The notes under the pieces: model-generated
What the model saw: the letters and a program-made list of their open reading frames with translations, nothing else
What the model was told of the DNA's origin: nothing
Database searches by the model: none
In this document: positions 40,391 to 51,189 of the stretch, one piece after another
Numbering within the stretch: position 1 is the first letter of the stretch
Layout of the letters: every line of letters begins with the position of its first letter
Origin: Gekko japonicus
Taxonomy: Eukaryota
NCBI RefSeq assembly: GCF_001447785.1
Contig: NW_015161962.1
Span: 206,494 to 270,493, forward strand
Direction of reading: 5' to 3'
Length of the DNA: 64,000 nt
Made by a program: the position numbers and the translations under genes

Positions 40391-41235
40391 CAAAAGATAC
40401 ACAACTGTCACAAGTAAACAGTAGACAGAGAACTACAGATTTCATTTGAGATATGAGCTGTGCCTACATTACTGTGGAAATTGGGTTCCATTTTCAGCCG
40501 TACAATTGAGGAAGATTGCTTTGAAATGTCTGGCATATCTGGGAAGGACGTTTTTGGTTGTTAGAAGTTTGTTTGTGCTTTGGGACATCCTCTGCCTTTT
40601 TTGTGGACTATTCAAAGGATATAGAGGAGTCTCTTGTTGTATCTTCAGTTTATTGTTATTATATTGCAATAGACTGATATGTCTACTGTTTACTTGTGAA
40701 AGCTGCGTATCTTTTGCTGGTCTACCCTTGTGGTTTGTATTTTTGCTCCCTTGAGGAAAGGCACCCGGCACCTAAAAGGAGGCACGCGCTCACTGTGTCC
40801 TTCTCCAAGGTGCCTGCAAAGGCTGTGCCAGGCGTAGTATAGCAGTTGGTGTCTGCTAGCGACAACCGGGTTTGAACCCAAGCGCTACCCGGGAAGCTCA
40901 CGGGGGCCGCTTTCCTACCGTGACCATCTGTCGAGGGTGGCGGTTGTGGCAGACAAGCCTCACAATCTGCTCCAGCTCCCTATTGAGGGAGGATTTATTG
41001 ACTGCATTTCCTTTCCCCCTAAAGCAGCTTGCCTCATTCTTTCCCCTTTTTATCTCTCTGCAAGTGTCTCACTTCCCCCCTGCCCGGGATCTCTCCTTCC
41101 TCCTTGGCCAGTGCTCCAGCGCTCAGAGCTTCTTGGACCCTGCCCCCGGGCATGCAGCTGGGCTCTTGGTGGTTGGGGGGGCGGGGGCGGGCATGGGCTG
41201 GGCTTAACCTCACTCTCTTCTCCGTCTCCTGGCAG

Positions 41236-41426
41236 GCTTCCAGTGCGAGCTGATCCCGCTGTTCAACCCCACCTTCTCCCCCCGAAATCTTGTGCTGGTG
41301 GCAGCGAAGACGGAGCTGAACTCGGCCCTTGCTGGTTGGGGGGCAGAGAAAGGGACCGCTGGAAGAGAGGGCAGGAGTGCCATCCCGGAAGGGGGCCAGC
41401 GAGCAGGTTGCGGCGGGAGCGCCTGA
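41236..41426 (+). CDS. METTL25B: METTL25B last exon
   Basis: cag|GFQCELIPLFNPTFSPRNLVLVAAK...TGA 41424-41426; joined ORF 590 aa from ATG 30513. Confidence 0.92.
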
Positions 41427-41484
41427 GGAAGCCAGCCAGGACAGGCCCGCCTGAGCTCAGAGGGAAGGGGGGGGTGCGTGTTTG

Positions 41485-41490
41485 AATAAA
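41485..41490 (+). terminator. METTL25B poly(A) signal
   Basis: AATAAA ~60 nt after the stop. Confidence 0.75.
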
Positions 41491-41534
41491 TAAATACTTT
41501 TACAAGACAGACGGGGCCTCTGCTCTTGCTTATT

Positions 41535-41540
41535 TTTATT
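41535..41540 (-). terminator. MRPL24 poly(A) signal
   Basis: AATAAA on - strand ~180 nt after the MRPL24 stop. Confidence 0.7.
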
Positions 41541-41716
41541 TCAAAAGACCAGAGAACCTTTCACCCCAGAGCACAGCTGATCCCGCTGCGCTGCCAAAAG
41601 AAAACAGTTCCACTTTGCCAGGCTGTCCCTGTCGGCTGGACGATCCGCCTTCGGGAGGCTGCCTCCCACGGCCAGAACCTTCCAAGGTCCCCACTGTCCA
41701 GCTGGCCGCGGAGGCA

Positions 41717-41853
41717 TCAGTACCAGTAGGATTTCCGGAAGCGGCGTGGCTCCACGATCCCCTGCAGCTCCATGATCTCCTCTTGGAACGTCTTCAAGGA
41801 GGGCGCGTAGGTCTTCTCCAGGGCGGCCTCCACAGAGGTGTCCTTGGGGCCGT
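41717..41853 (-). CDS. MRPL24: MRPL24 (uL24m) last exon
   Basis: aag|[45 protein letters not shown]. Confidence 0.95.
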
Positions 41854-41969
41854 CTTGGCGGGGAGCAGGAGAGAGGGAGGGAGGGAGGGAAGAAGGGTTA
41901 GGGTCTGAGCTGCCTGGAGGCGTCTCCGCTGCCTCTTTGAAGGCACCCGGCCCGCCAGCATCCTCTCAC

Positions 41970-42100
41970 CTGTCCACTGCTCTGGGACGATGCCATCCTC
42001 CCTCGGCACGGGGGGCTGGGGGATGATCCTGCCGGTCCTCAGGGAGACACGGACCCGCTCGCCCTCTTCTGTGTACCGCCACTCCACCTCGGTGGGCTTC
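41970..42100 (-). CDS. MRPL24: MRPL24 penultimate exon
   Basis: cag|[43 protein letters not shown]|gtgag; 131 nt. Confidence 0.95.
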
Positions 42101-42169
42101 CTGGGGGGCGGGGGATGGGGACAGGACACAAGCATGGGAAAGGGGTGAGTGTACCGCGATCTAACCGGG

Positions 42170-42740
42170 CTGGCTGGTGTTGTGGTGAAGTCCGCAGACT
42201 CTAATCTGGGAGAACCTGGTTTGATTCCCCCACTCCTCCATGTGCAGCCAGCTGGGTGACCTTGGGTCAGTCACAAGTTCTCTCAGAGCTGTTCTGTCAA
42301 GGGCAGTTCTGGAAAGAGCTCTCTCAGCCCCGCCTACCACACAGGGAGTCTGTTGTGGGGAGGGGAAGGGAAAGGAGTTTGTGAGCCACTCTTGGACTCC
42401 CTTGGGTAGTGAAGGGTGGGGTATAAGTCCAATCTCCTCCACCTCCTTCTAGGACCCAGTTTGGTGCCATGGTTAAGTACACGGACTCTAATGTGGGAGA
42501 ACCAGGTTTGATTCCCCACTCCTCTACTAGCACCTGGCTGGATGACCTTGGGCAAGCCACAGTTCTGTCAGAGCTGTTCTGGAAAGGGCAGTCCTCGAAA
42601 GAGCTCTCTCAGTCCACCCCCCACCCGCCTCCCAGGGTGTCTGTGGTGGGGAGGGGGAGGGAAAGGAGTTTGTGAGCTGCTCTGAGACTGCTCTGGGTAG
42701 TGAAGGGCCATGGGGGTATGAATCCGCTCTCTTCTCTCCT
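42170..42740 (+). mobile_element. Two head-to-tail Squam3-type SINEs
   Basis: Copies at ~42170-42450 and ~42455-42740. Confidence 0.8.
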
Positions 42741-43820
42741 TTAGCACCAGAGGGACTATTTTCGCAGAGACTTTCTAAGAAAAGGGCTCCTAGCAGGGAG
42801 GGAGGCATCGCAAGGACCGGGATTTGATTCCCTTGGCCTGGGTGGGCCAGACTGGCCTCCTCTCAGCAGGTCTCAGAAGCGAAGCAGGCCTGGCGGTGGT
42901 GCTGGGATCCCCCAGGAAGCCCAGAGGCAGGCCAGGGCAAAGGAGCGTCTCCGGCCTCGGGACCCCCCCCCCNNNNNNNNNNNNNNNNNNNNNNNNNNNN
43001 NNNNNNNNNNNNNNNNNNNNNNNNNNNNNNNNNNNNNNNNNNNNNNNNNNNNNNNNNNNNNNNNNNNNNNNNNNNNNNNNNNNNNNNNNNNNNNNNNNNN
43101 NNNNNNNNNNNNNNNNNNNNNNNNNNNNNNNNNNNNNNNNNNNNNNNNNNNNNNNNNNNNNNNNNNNNNNNNNNNNNNNNNNNNNNNNNNNNNNNNNNNN
43201 NNNNNNNNNNNNNNNNNNNNNNNNNNNNNNNNNNNNNNNNNNNNNNNNNNNNNNNNNNNNNNNNNNNNNNNNNNNNNNNNNNNNNNNNNNNNNNNNNNNN
43301 NNNNNNNNNNNNNNNNNNNNNNNNNNNNNNNNNNNNNNNNNNNNNNNNNNNNNNNNNNNNNNNNNNNNNNNNNNNNNNNNNNNNNNNNNNNNNNNNNNNN
43401 NNNNNNNNNNNNNNNNNNNNNNNNNNNNNNNNNNNNNNNNNNNNNNNNNNNNNNNNNNNNNNNNNNNNNNNNNNNNNNNNNNNNNNNNNNNNNNNNNNNN
43501 NNNNNNNNNNNNNNNNNNNNNNNNNNNNNNNNNNNNNNNNNNNNNNNNNNNNNNNNNNNNNNNNNNNNNNNNNNNNNNNNNNNNNNNNNNNNNNNNNNNN
43601 NNNNNNNNNNNNNNNNNNNNNNNNNNNNNNNNNNNNNNNNNNNNNNNNNNNNNNNNNNNNNNNNNNNNNNNNNNNNNNNNNNNNNNNNNNNNNNNNNNNN
43701 NNNNNNNNNNNNNNNNNNNNNNNNNNNNNNNNNNNNNNNNNNNNNNNNNNNNNNNNNNCGAGGCAAGGAGGGAGGCTGCTGGTGGCGGGCCGGCGCGTGT
43801 ATTGCGGGCGGGCGGGCGTC

Positions 43821-44065
43821 TCAGGGTCCCCCGGCGCCCGGCGCCCCCTCCCGCTCCCCCCCGGCGTCCCCGTCCCGGCTGCGCTCGGCGCCCTCCTGCT
43901 CCTGCGCCTCCTCCTCCTGGCCGCCGTCGTCTTGGTCCTCGGGGGGGGTCCGGCGTCGGGCTTGGGCCTCTGCCCTGGCCAGGCGGTCCCGCAGCGCCTC
44001 CAGCTGCTCCTCCATCGCCCCGGCCGAGCGCAGGCAGCCCCGGCAGCTCCGCACGTCCTTCCGCC
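43821..44065 (-). CDS. Putative last exon of an unrecognised gene (coiled-coil + acidic tail)
   Basis: cag|RKDVRSCRGCLRSAGAMEEQLEALRDRLARAEAQARRRTPPEDQDDGGQEEE..GP*; phase 1 fits upstream exon; AATACA at 43798-43803. Confidence 0.55.
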
Positions 44066-44133
44066 CTGCCCGACGGTAGGCCCCCCCCCGGTCCTGGCCC
44101 ACCCCCACCCCCCCGGGAGCGGCCGGGACTCAC

Positions 44134-44235
44134 GCTCGCGCACGTGGAGCCGCTGCAAGTCCCGCGCCGCCTCCAGCTCTTCCGCCAGGGCGCCCGGCGG
44201 CGGCAACGGCACCGGCACCGGGGCGGCGGGCGAGC
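44134..44235 (-). CDS. Putative internal exon of the unrecognised gene
   Basis: ttctctctcccgcag|GSPAAPVPVPLPPPGALAEELEAARDLQRLHVRE|gtgagt; 102 nt, phase 1-1. Confidence 0.6.
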
Positions 44236-45135
44236 CTGCGGGAGAGAGAAGCGGGCGGCTCAGCGGTCGGAAAGGGGCACTTCCTGTGCGTTTCTCCCCC
44301 AAAATAGCCCTGATTATAAGGACTGGATTTACTTGCTCTATGGACGTTTGAGACTTTGTAACTGCAGCTCATCATTTATTGTTTGTCTCAAGTCTTAAGG
44401 TTTCTGCCCAAAAATAGCCCTGCGTGTAGCCTTACTCTCTAGGCATTCTCTCACTTAAATGAATACAAGGACGGCTCTACAATGGGCAGTGCAAGACCTT
44501 GCATGGCTCCAAACTGCTGCTGAGGGGGCTTCCTGTGTTCATGAGCGGCCACTCACGTGCACAGCTTGGAGGGAACACTGCTACCAAGTCCAGGGTTGCC
44601 CTGCAGAGGCAGGCAGTGGCAAACCACCATGGTTCTTCCCTTCCCTTGAAAACCCAGTGGGGGTCACCAAAAGTTGGCTGCCACTTGACAGCACTTTCCA
44701 CCATCAAGAATTCAATCGTGGGTATCCCCCATGTCAAGCGCAGATCATTCACAGTTGATCATGCAAGGACATGCACGCAGAAATGCATCTGGATTCAGCC
44801 AGGGCATCAATCATTAATGGCCACTGAATTGCACTAGCATATATAGGGGGTAGTGGAAGGGGCCTCCGCCTGCGCCCCTCTCCCCCCCCCACGGCGCCGG
44901 CACAGCCCTCCTTGCCGGGGGGGGGGGGGGCGGCGGCGGCAGCTACTGGAACCAGCGCGGACTCAACACTGGCCTGGCGCTTGCTCCCNNNNNNNNNNNN
45001 NNNNNNNNNNNNNNNNNNNNNNNNNNNNNNNNNNNNNNNNNNCCATCTGCGGGGGGGGGGAGAAGGAGCTTCTCCCACACTTGCCCAAGGCTGAGGGGTG
45101 GGGGGTGGGATGGAACGGTGCTGGCCCGGACTCAC

Positions 45136-45227
45136 CGTCCCCTGTTGCTGGCTGCACCCCCTCCTCCGCGGCAGCCTCCTTCTCTTCCTCCTCCTCTTTG
45201 TCTGCTTGCAGCCCCTCGTCCGGCAGC
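45136..45227 (-). CDS. Putative internal exon of the unrecognised gene (acidic)
   Basis: tttctcccccgaccttcag|LPDEGLQADKEEEEKEAAAEEGVQPATGD|gtgagt; flanked by ~88-nt introns; a further exon starts at 45046 and runs into the N gap; upstream donor at 45314. Confidence 0.55.
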
Positions 45228-45720
45228 CTGAAGGTCGGGGGAGAAATCTTGGGGTTACTCGAAGCAGTCGAAGAGATCCAGGGTCCCTGGGTGGCGGGGA
45301 GGAGAATTGCTCACTTCTGCTTCCTTGAGGGCCTGTAGAGCAGCTGTGTGCCTGGGCTGGGAAGGCCCAGAGGCACCGTCCCCGCGGGACTGGCAGCTGC
45401 TCCCTCCTGCCTGGCCCTCCCAGGGCATCCTTTTCAAGGCGGGATTCATCCGGGGCCTCCCTCAGAACTGGACGTGGAACACGACGGGCGGGCGAAGGCC
45501 GTGGGGGGAGGGAGCACGCCTCTGGCTGCAGGTGGCCAGAGATGGCAGGAGGGGGCACCCAGGAAGTTGGGGAGTCCCCCCCTCCTGTTGATGAGTGTAT
45601 GCCCCCTGCCATTCGCATCAGTGGGGACCCAACGCTGCTTGCATCATTCTCCCCTCCCCCCTTTGGCTCTCACAACAAACCCGTGAGGTAGGCTTAGCCG
45701 AGGGCATACAACTGCCCCAA

Positions 45721-47020
45721 GGACCGTGGCTCAGGGGCAGAGCCTCTGCTTGGCAGGCAGGAGGCCCCCCGGTTCAGTCCCCAGAAGCATCCCCAGTTAA
45801 AAACGACCAGGCAGGAGGTGATGGGAAAGACCTCTGCCTGAGACCCTGGAGAGCTGTAAAGAGGGGCCGTGGCTCAGTGGCAGAACCTCTGCTTGGCAGG
45901 CAGGAGGTCCCAGGTTCAGTCCCCGGCATCTCCAGCTAAAAAGGACCAGGCAGGAGGTGATGGGAAAGACCTCCGCCTGAGACCCTGGAGAGCTGTAAAG
46001 AGGGGCCGTGGCTCAGTGGCAGAGCCTCTGCTTGGCAGGCAGAAGGCTCCCGGTTCAGTCCCCGGCATCTCCAGTTCTCAAAAGGACCAGGCAGGAGGTG
46101 ATGGGAAAGACCTCCACCTGAGACCCTGCAGAACTGTGAAGAGGGGCTGTGGCTCAGTGGCAGAACCTCTGCATGGCATGCAGGAGGTCCCAGGTTCAAT
46201 CCCCGGCATCTCCAGTTAAAAGGACCAGGCAGGAGGTGACGTGAAAGACCTCTGTGTCTGAGACCCTGGAGAGCTGTAAAGAGGGGCCATGGCTCAGTGG
46301 AAGAGCCTCTGCTTGGGATGCAGAAGGTCCCAGGTTCAATCCCCGGCATCTCCAGTTAAAAAGGACCAGGCAGGAGGTGCTGGGAAAGACCTCCGCCTGA
46401 GACCCTGGAGAGCTGTAAAGTGGAGGTTGTGGCTCAGTGGCAGAGCCTCTACATGGCATGCAGGAGGTCCCAGGTTCAATCCCCGGCATCTCCAGTTAAA
46501 AGGACCAGGCAGGAGGTGACGTGAAAGACCTCTGTGCCTGAGACCCTGGAGAGCTGTAAAGAGGAGCTGTGGCTCAGTGGCAGAGCCTCTCCTTGGCATG
46601 CAGAAGGCCCCAGGTTCAATCCCCAGAGGCATCCCTAGTTAAAACGGCCCAGGCAGGAGGTGCTGGGAAAGACCTCCGCCTGAGACCCTGGAGAGCTGTG
46701 AAGAGGGGCTGTGGCTCAGTGGAAGAGCCTCTGCTTGGCATGCAGGAGGTCCCAGGTTCAGTCCCCGGCATCTCCAGTTGAAAGGACCAGGCAGGAGGTG
46801 ATGGGAAAGACCTCCCCCTGAGACCCTGGAGAGCTGTAAAGAGGGGCTGTAGCTCAGTGGCAGAGCCTCTGCCTGGCATGCAGGAGGCCCCCGGTTCAGT
46901 CCCTGGCATCTCCAGTTAAAAAGGACCAACCTCAGCCTGAGACCCTGGAGAGCAGCTGAGTGGACAAGGCTGACCTTGATGGGCCACAGGCCAGATTCAG
47001 AAGAAGGCCGCCTCGTGTTC
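45721..47020 (+). repeat. Tandem array of ~9 x ~140-bp tRNA-Ala-like SINE 5' halves
   Basis: Units start ~45721, 45861, 46000, 46141, 46280, 46420, 46561, 46702, 46841; each has A and B boxes; the last runs into the SINE 3' tail. Confidence 0.9.
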
Positions 47021-47449
47021 CCTGGCAAGTTTCCCCTCAGTGCCGGGATTTGAACCTGGGTCTCCCAGACCTTGCACTCTGAGCACTACGCCACGCTGGC
47101 TCTCACACAACACCCAGTGAGGCTAGACTAGAACAGTGGTCCTCTCTCTGTTCACAGAGAGCCACATTCCTAATTGCCACGAACCTGAAGAGCCATGCAC
47201 CTCCCCTGCGTTCTGTGCGCCACTCTGCCACGCACGCAGACACGATGATACAGCGGTGATTATGGAACAGTTCAACAGATACCTCGAACCTTTTAAAGTA
47301 CCCGGGTGCCTCTGAGGCTGTAGGGTGGCCCCTCCCACCACGGCCGGAGCCTTGGGCAGCTCTCGCGTGTCCGGAGTGAGGGGACAGGACCTTCCAGTGG
47401 CATGAGGCACTCGAGAGAGACCCTCGAGGCAGGTGCCCAGAGGAACAAT

Positions 47450-47725
47450 GGAGCTGGAAAGGGACACAGAGGCCATCTAGTCCATCCAACCCCCTGCTCA
47501 ACGCAGGGTCGTCCGAGAGCATCCCTGACAAGGGTTCATCCAGCCGCTGGTGAAAGGGAGCTCACCACCTCCCCAGGCAGCCGATTCCCCTGTTGCACGA
47601 CTCTCGCTGTAAAAAAGTACCTTCCTACCCTTAGTTTAAACCTATTCTTGCGAGTCCTCTCCTCTGCTGCCCACAGGAACCGCTCCCTGCCCTCCTCTGA
47701 GTGACAGCCGGCCTTTCAAATAGAT
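47450..47725 (-). mobile_element. CR1 3' fragment, followed by Squam3 SINE 47728-47988 (-)
   Basis: Similar to 37900-38390. Confidence 0.75.
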
Positions 47726-49819
47726 TCAGGAGGAGGAGGGGATTGGATTTATACCCCGCCCTTCACTCAAAGTGGATTGCAATCTCCTCTCCCTTCCCCT
47801 CCCCAAAACAGACACCCTGTGTGGTAGGTGGGGCTGAGAGAGCTCTTTCTTTCGAGGACTGCTCCTGAGAGAGCTGTGACCGGCCCAAGGTCACCCAGCT
47901 GGCTTTGAGTGGAGGAGGAGGAGTGGGGAATCAAACCCGGCTCTCCCAGATTAGAGTCCACCACACTCCTAACCACTGCACCAGACTGGTGGTGGGTTGC
48001 CGTGTTGGTCTGAAGCAACAGAACAAAGTTTGAGCCCAGTGGCACCTTTGAGACCAAGAAAGGTCAACCCGGGCTATGAGCTTTCATTGTGCACGAACGC
48101 TTTGACGCTTATCCCCGGAATGAGCCTTTGTTGCTCACCAAGGTGCCCCTGGACTCAGCCTTCCAAATACTTCAAGAGAGCAAGCTGGTCATGGGGGAAG
48201 AGGAGGGCAACAACCAGCCCTCCACGCTGGCCGGACGGCCCTTTTCCCAGCCTCCGCGCCAGCCGGCACTGGGAGGAGAGCCGTGAAGGGGGGGGGGGGG
48301 GGGGGAGTCAGAGGGGAGAGGGCTGCCCCACGGGGAGGCTCACAGCTCATCCACCCTTCGGTCCGCGTGGGGGCGACTGCTTCAGGGTGGGAACCGCCTC
48401 CCAGCTCCAGGCCCTTCCGGACAAGGTCCTCACTCACTTTCTGGGACCGTGGAGTGGGTGACCGGCAGTGTTCCCTCTCAGCTGAGTTGGTGTGAGCCAG
48501 CTCACAGGTTTTTAGCCTCCGGCTCACCCATTTTTGCCTGCGCTCAGGAAGGATGTGGCTCCAGAACAAACTACTTTATGCAGTAGCCAATCGCTCACTC
48601 ACAACTTTAATGCCAGGAGCTCACAGGGGGGGGGGGGCGCTCCCAAGAGTATCACTGGGTATCACTGGTCTCGAGGCACCCTCGCAGTGCTTGTTTGGTG
48701 TAGTGGTTAGGAGCGCGGACTCTAACCTGGGAGAACTGGGTTTGATTCCCCACTCCCCCACTTGCACCTGGCTGGATGACCTTGGGCAAGCCGTAGTTCT
48801 GGCACAGCTGTCCTTGAAAAACAGCCGTTTCTGCCAGAGCTCTCTCAGCCGCCCTGCGACTCCCTTGGGTAGTGAAGGGCAGGGGGCATGAATCCAGTCT
48901 CCTCTTCTTCCTCCTCTCTTGTGGCCCTCCGGAACTCTGGTCAATGAGAGGCGGCCGGGGAGGGGGTGGGCCTGCCAACCACTCCATCCCAGGGGCCAGT
49001 GCGGCCCACCCTCTCTTGACCCGAGAGGGAGACCGCCCTGCCTGCTGAGGGGGATGTGGGCAAGGGTCGTCTTCTTTTTAAAAAGTCAGGAGCAGCCCTC
49101 GGGCTTCCAAGGGTCTCAGGTGGCCTTGCCATCCCTCACCCTGGGCTTCTCCGGCCACGGTCCCAAGAGCAGCAGGCCTTCATGGCGGGGGACAGCCTGC
49201 CTGGAGGCGGGCAGGGCAGGGCTGCTGCCCACAGACAGAACCCTCGCTGGTTTCCCGGGAACAGCAGCAGAATGGGTGGCCGGTTGTGAGGTCACAGCTC
49301 CATCCATCTGCCCTGGTGGAGAGTGGTACTCCTGGTGGGTGAGGCCCCTCTCAAGTGGGGAGGCACCGGTACCTCCGTGGCCCCCGCCCCACAAAGCATG
49401 AGCACACCAACATGCATCACCAACATACATTCCTGGCCTCCAAGGGAAGGAAAGGCGGAACCGGAACATCACTTGTGGGAGGGGCCGTGGCTCAGTGGCG
49501 GAGCCTCTGCTTGGCAGGCAGAAGGTACAAAGGACCAGGCAGGAGGTGAGGGGAAAGAGCTCTCTGCCTGAGACCCTGGAGAGCTCCTGCCAGCCTGAGA
49601 GCCAGTGTGGTGGTCAAGTGCGCGGACTCTAATCTGGGAGAACTGGGTTTGATTCCCCACTCCTCCACTTGCACCTGCTGATGTGACCTTGGGTCAGTCA
49701 CAAGCTCTGGCACAGCTGTCCTTGAAAAAGAGCCGTTTCTGTCAGAGCTCTCTCAGCCCCACCCACCTCACAGGGTGTCTGTCCTGGGGAGGGGAAGGGA
49801 AAGGAGTTTGTAAGCCACT

Positions 49820-50617
49820 GTACTTGGCTAGACTACTGTAACGCTGTCTACATGGGGCTGCCTTTGTCACAAATTCGGAAGCTGCAACTAGTGCAGAATG
49901 CTGCAGCCAGGCTGTTGATGGATCTTCCTAGACGGGATCACATCCAGCCTGTGCTGAAAGCGCTGCACTGGTTGCCAATAGCTTACCGGGTTCGCTTCAA
50001 AGTGCTGGTCGTTACCTTTAAAGCCCTATATGGCCAGGGACCAGCCTACCTAAGGGACCGCCTTGCCCCACATGTTCCCCCAAGGGCACTACGGTCAGGG
50101 ACTCAACATCTACTGGCTGTTCCAGGTCCCCGTTCTATTAGACTCAGCATGACCAGGAACAGGGCGTTCTCGGTGGCGGCTCCTATCTGGTGGAATGAGC
50201 TCCCAGAGGAGATCAGGGCTCTGCGGGACCTAGCACAGTTCCGCAGGGCCTGCAAGACGGAGCTGTTCCGCCAGGCTTTTGAATAGGAGCCGCCACCACT
50301 AGTCCACCAGCAGTCCATCATTAGTGCACTAGTGCACCACCATCGCACTAGCTACCATCTATCCCCCATATATGGGCATCAAGATGGGGCATGCACATCT
50401 AGTTGCTGCATGATGGGCGAGGACGGGATGGTCAGGGATAGCCATCTTGCTTTTAGAAATTTTAGAATTTGCTAGGCATCAAAATCTGTTTTAAATAGGG
50501 CTGTAATTTAATATTTTGTATTGTTTTATGGTTTTATCTGGCAATATGCCCTGTAAGCCGCCCTGAGCCTCCGGGGAGGGCGGGATAAAAATGTGAATAA
50601 TAAATAAATAAATAAAC
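49820..50617 (+). mobile_element. L2 LINE 3' fragment with uninterrupted ORF2 C-terminus, inserted in a Squam3 SINE (49597-50670)
   Basis: LDYCNAVYMGLP..LQLVQNAAARLL..HWLPI..RFKVL..RAFSVAAPIWWNELP..FRRACKTELFRQAF; (TAAA)n tail; SINE resumes 'ctctgagactcc'. Confidence 0.9.
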
Positions 50618-51189
50618 TCTGAGACTCCAAGTGACGGGCGGGGGATAAATCCAATCTCTTCTCCTTCTTTTTCTATACAATACTGGCTTTGATGGACCAA
50701 CAGTCTGATTCAGCAGAAGGCATTTTCATGTGTTCATGTGACTGGGTGGGGCCAAAGAAAGACACAGGCAGAGTGGCCCGATCCTGAAGCAGCGCTTGCT
50801 GCCCAGTGCTTGGCTGCAGAGAGCGGTTTGTTCTAATCCTGCCCCTTGGGAGGAAGGGTCAGTTCATGTTTCTGGGAAGAGACACAGTGTGGTGTCCTGG
50901 GGAGAGCCTTGCTCTGGCCACGTCTGCATGGGTGGCTTTCACCCGCTTGGATCTTACTGGGAAGTGGAGCCTCGCTGTGCGTCCATGCCCTTTGTGGCTT
51001 TCCCCTGGCATGCCTGCAAGAGTTTCAAAACCTGCACGGTTCTGCCCACACTGGCACCCTCTTCCATCCACCATGAAAAGCCATTCCCTTCCTCCCTATG
51101 CCACTGGGTGGGTCTTTTTTTGACCGTGTGTGTATGTGTGTGAGTGTGAAAATCAGTAAATGGACATAAAAAGCTGAAGAAGAAGTAGT

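Noticed and set aside
45136-45227. Protamine-like Arg/Cys-rich frame (KRRRKRRRLPRRRGC)
   Set aside because: Alternative frame of a GAG-rich exon; phase does not fit downstream exons.
45721-47020. tRNA-Ala gene cluster or CRISPR-like array
   Set aside because: Heads are degenerate in the anticodon arm, continue into a SINE body, and have no unique spacers.
48160-48165. In-frame TGA as selenocysteine in the orphan gene
   Set aside because: Frame and exon limits uncertain; no recognisable SECIS in the very short 3'UTR.
49140-49183. ATGAAGGCCTGCTGC.. resembling the ETV3 first coding exon (or the PWWP 'MKGYPHW' motif)
   Set aside because: Too short; that frame stops in the next candidate exon; probably chance.
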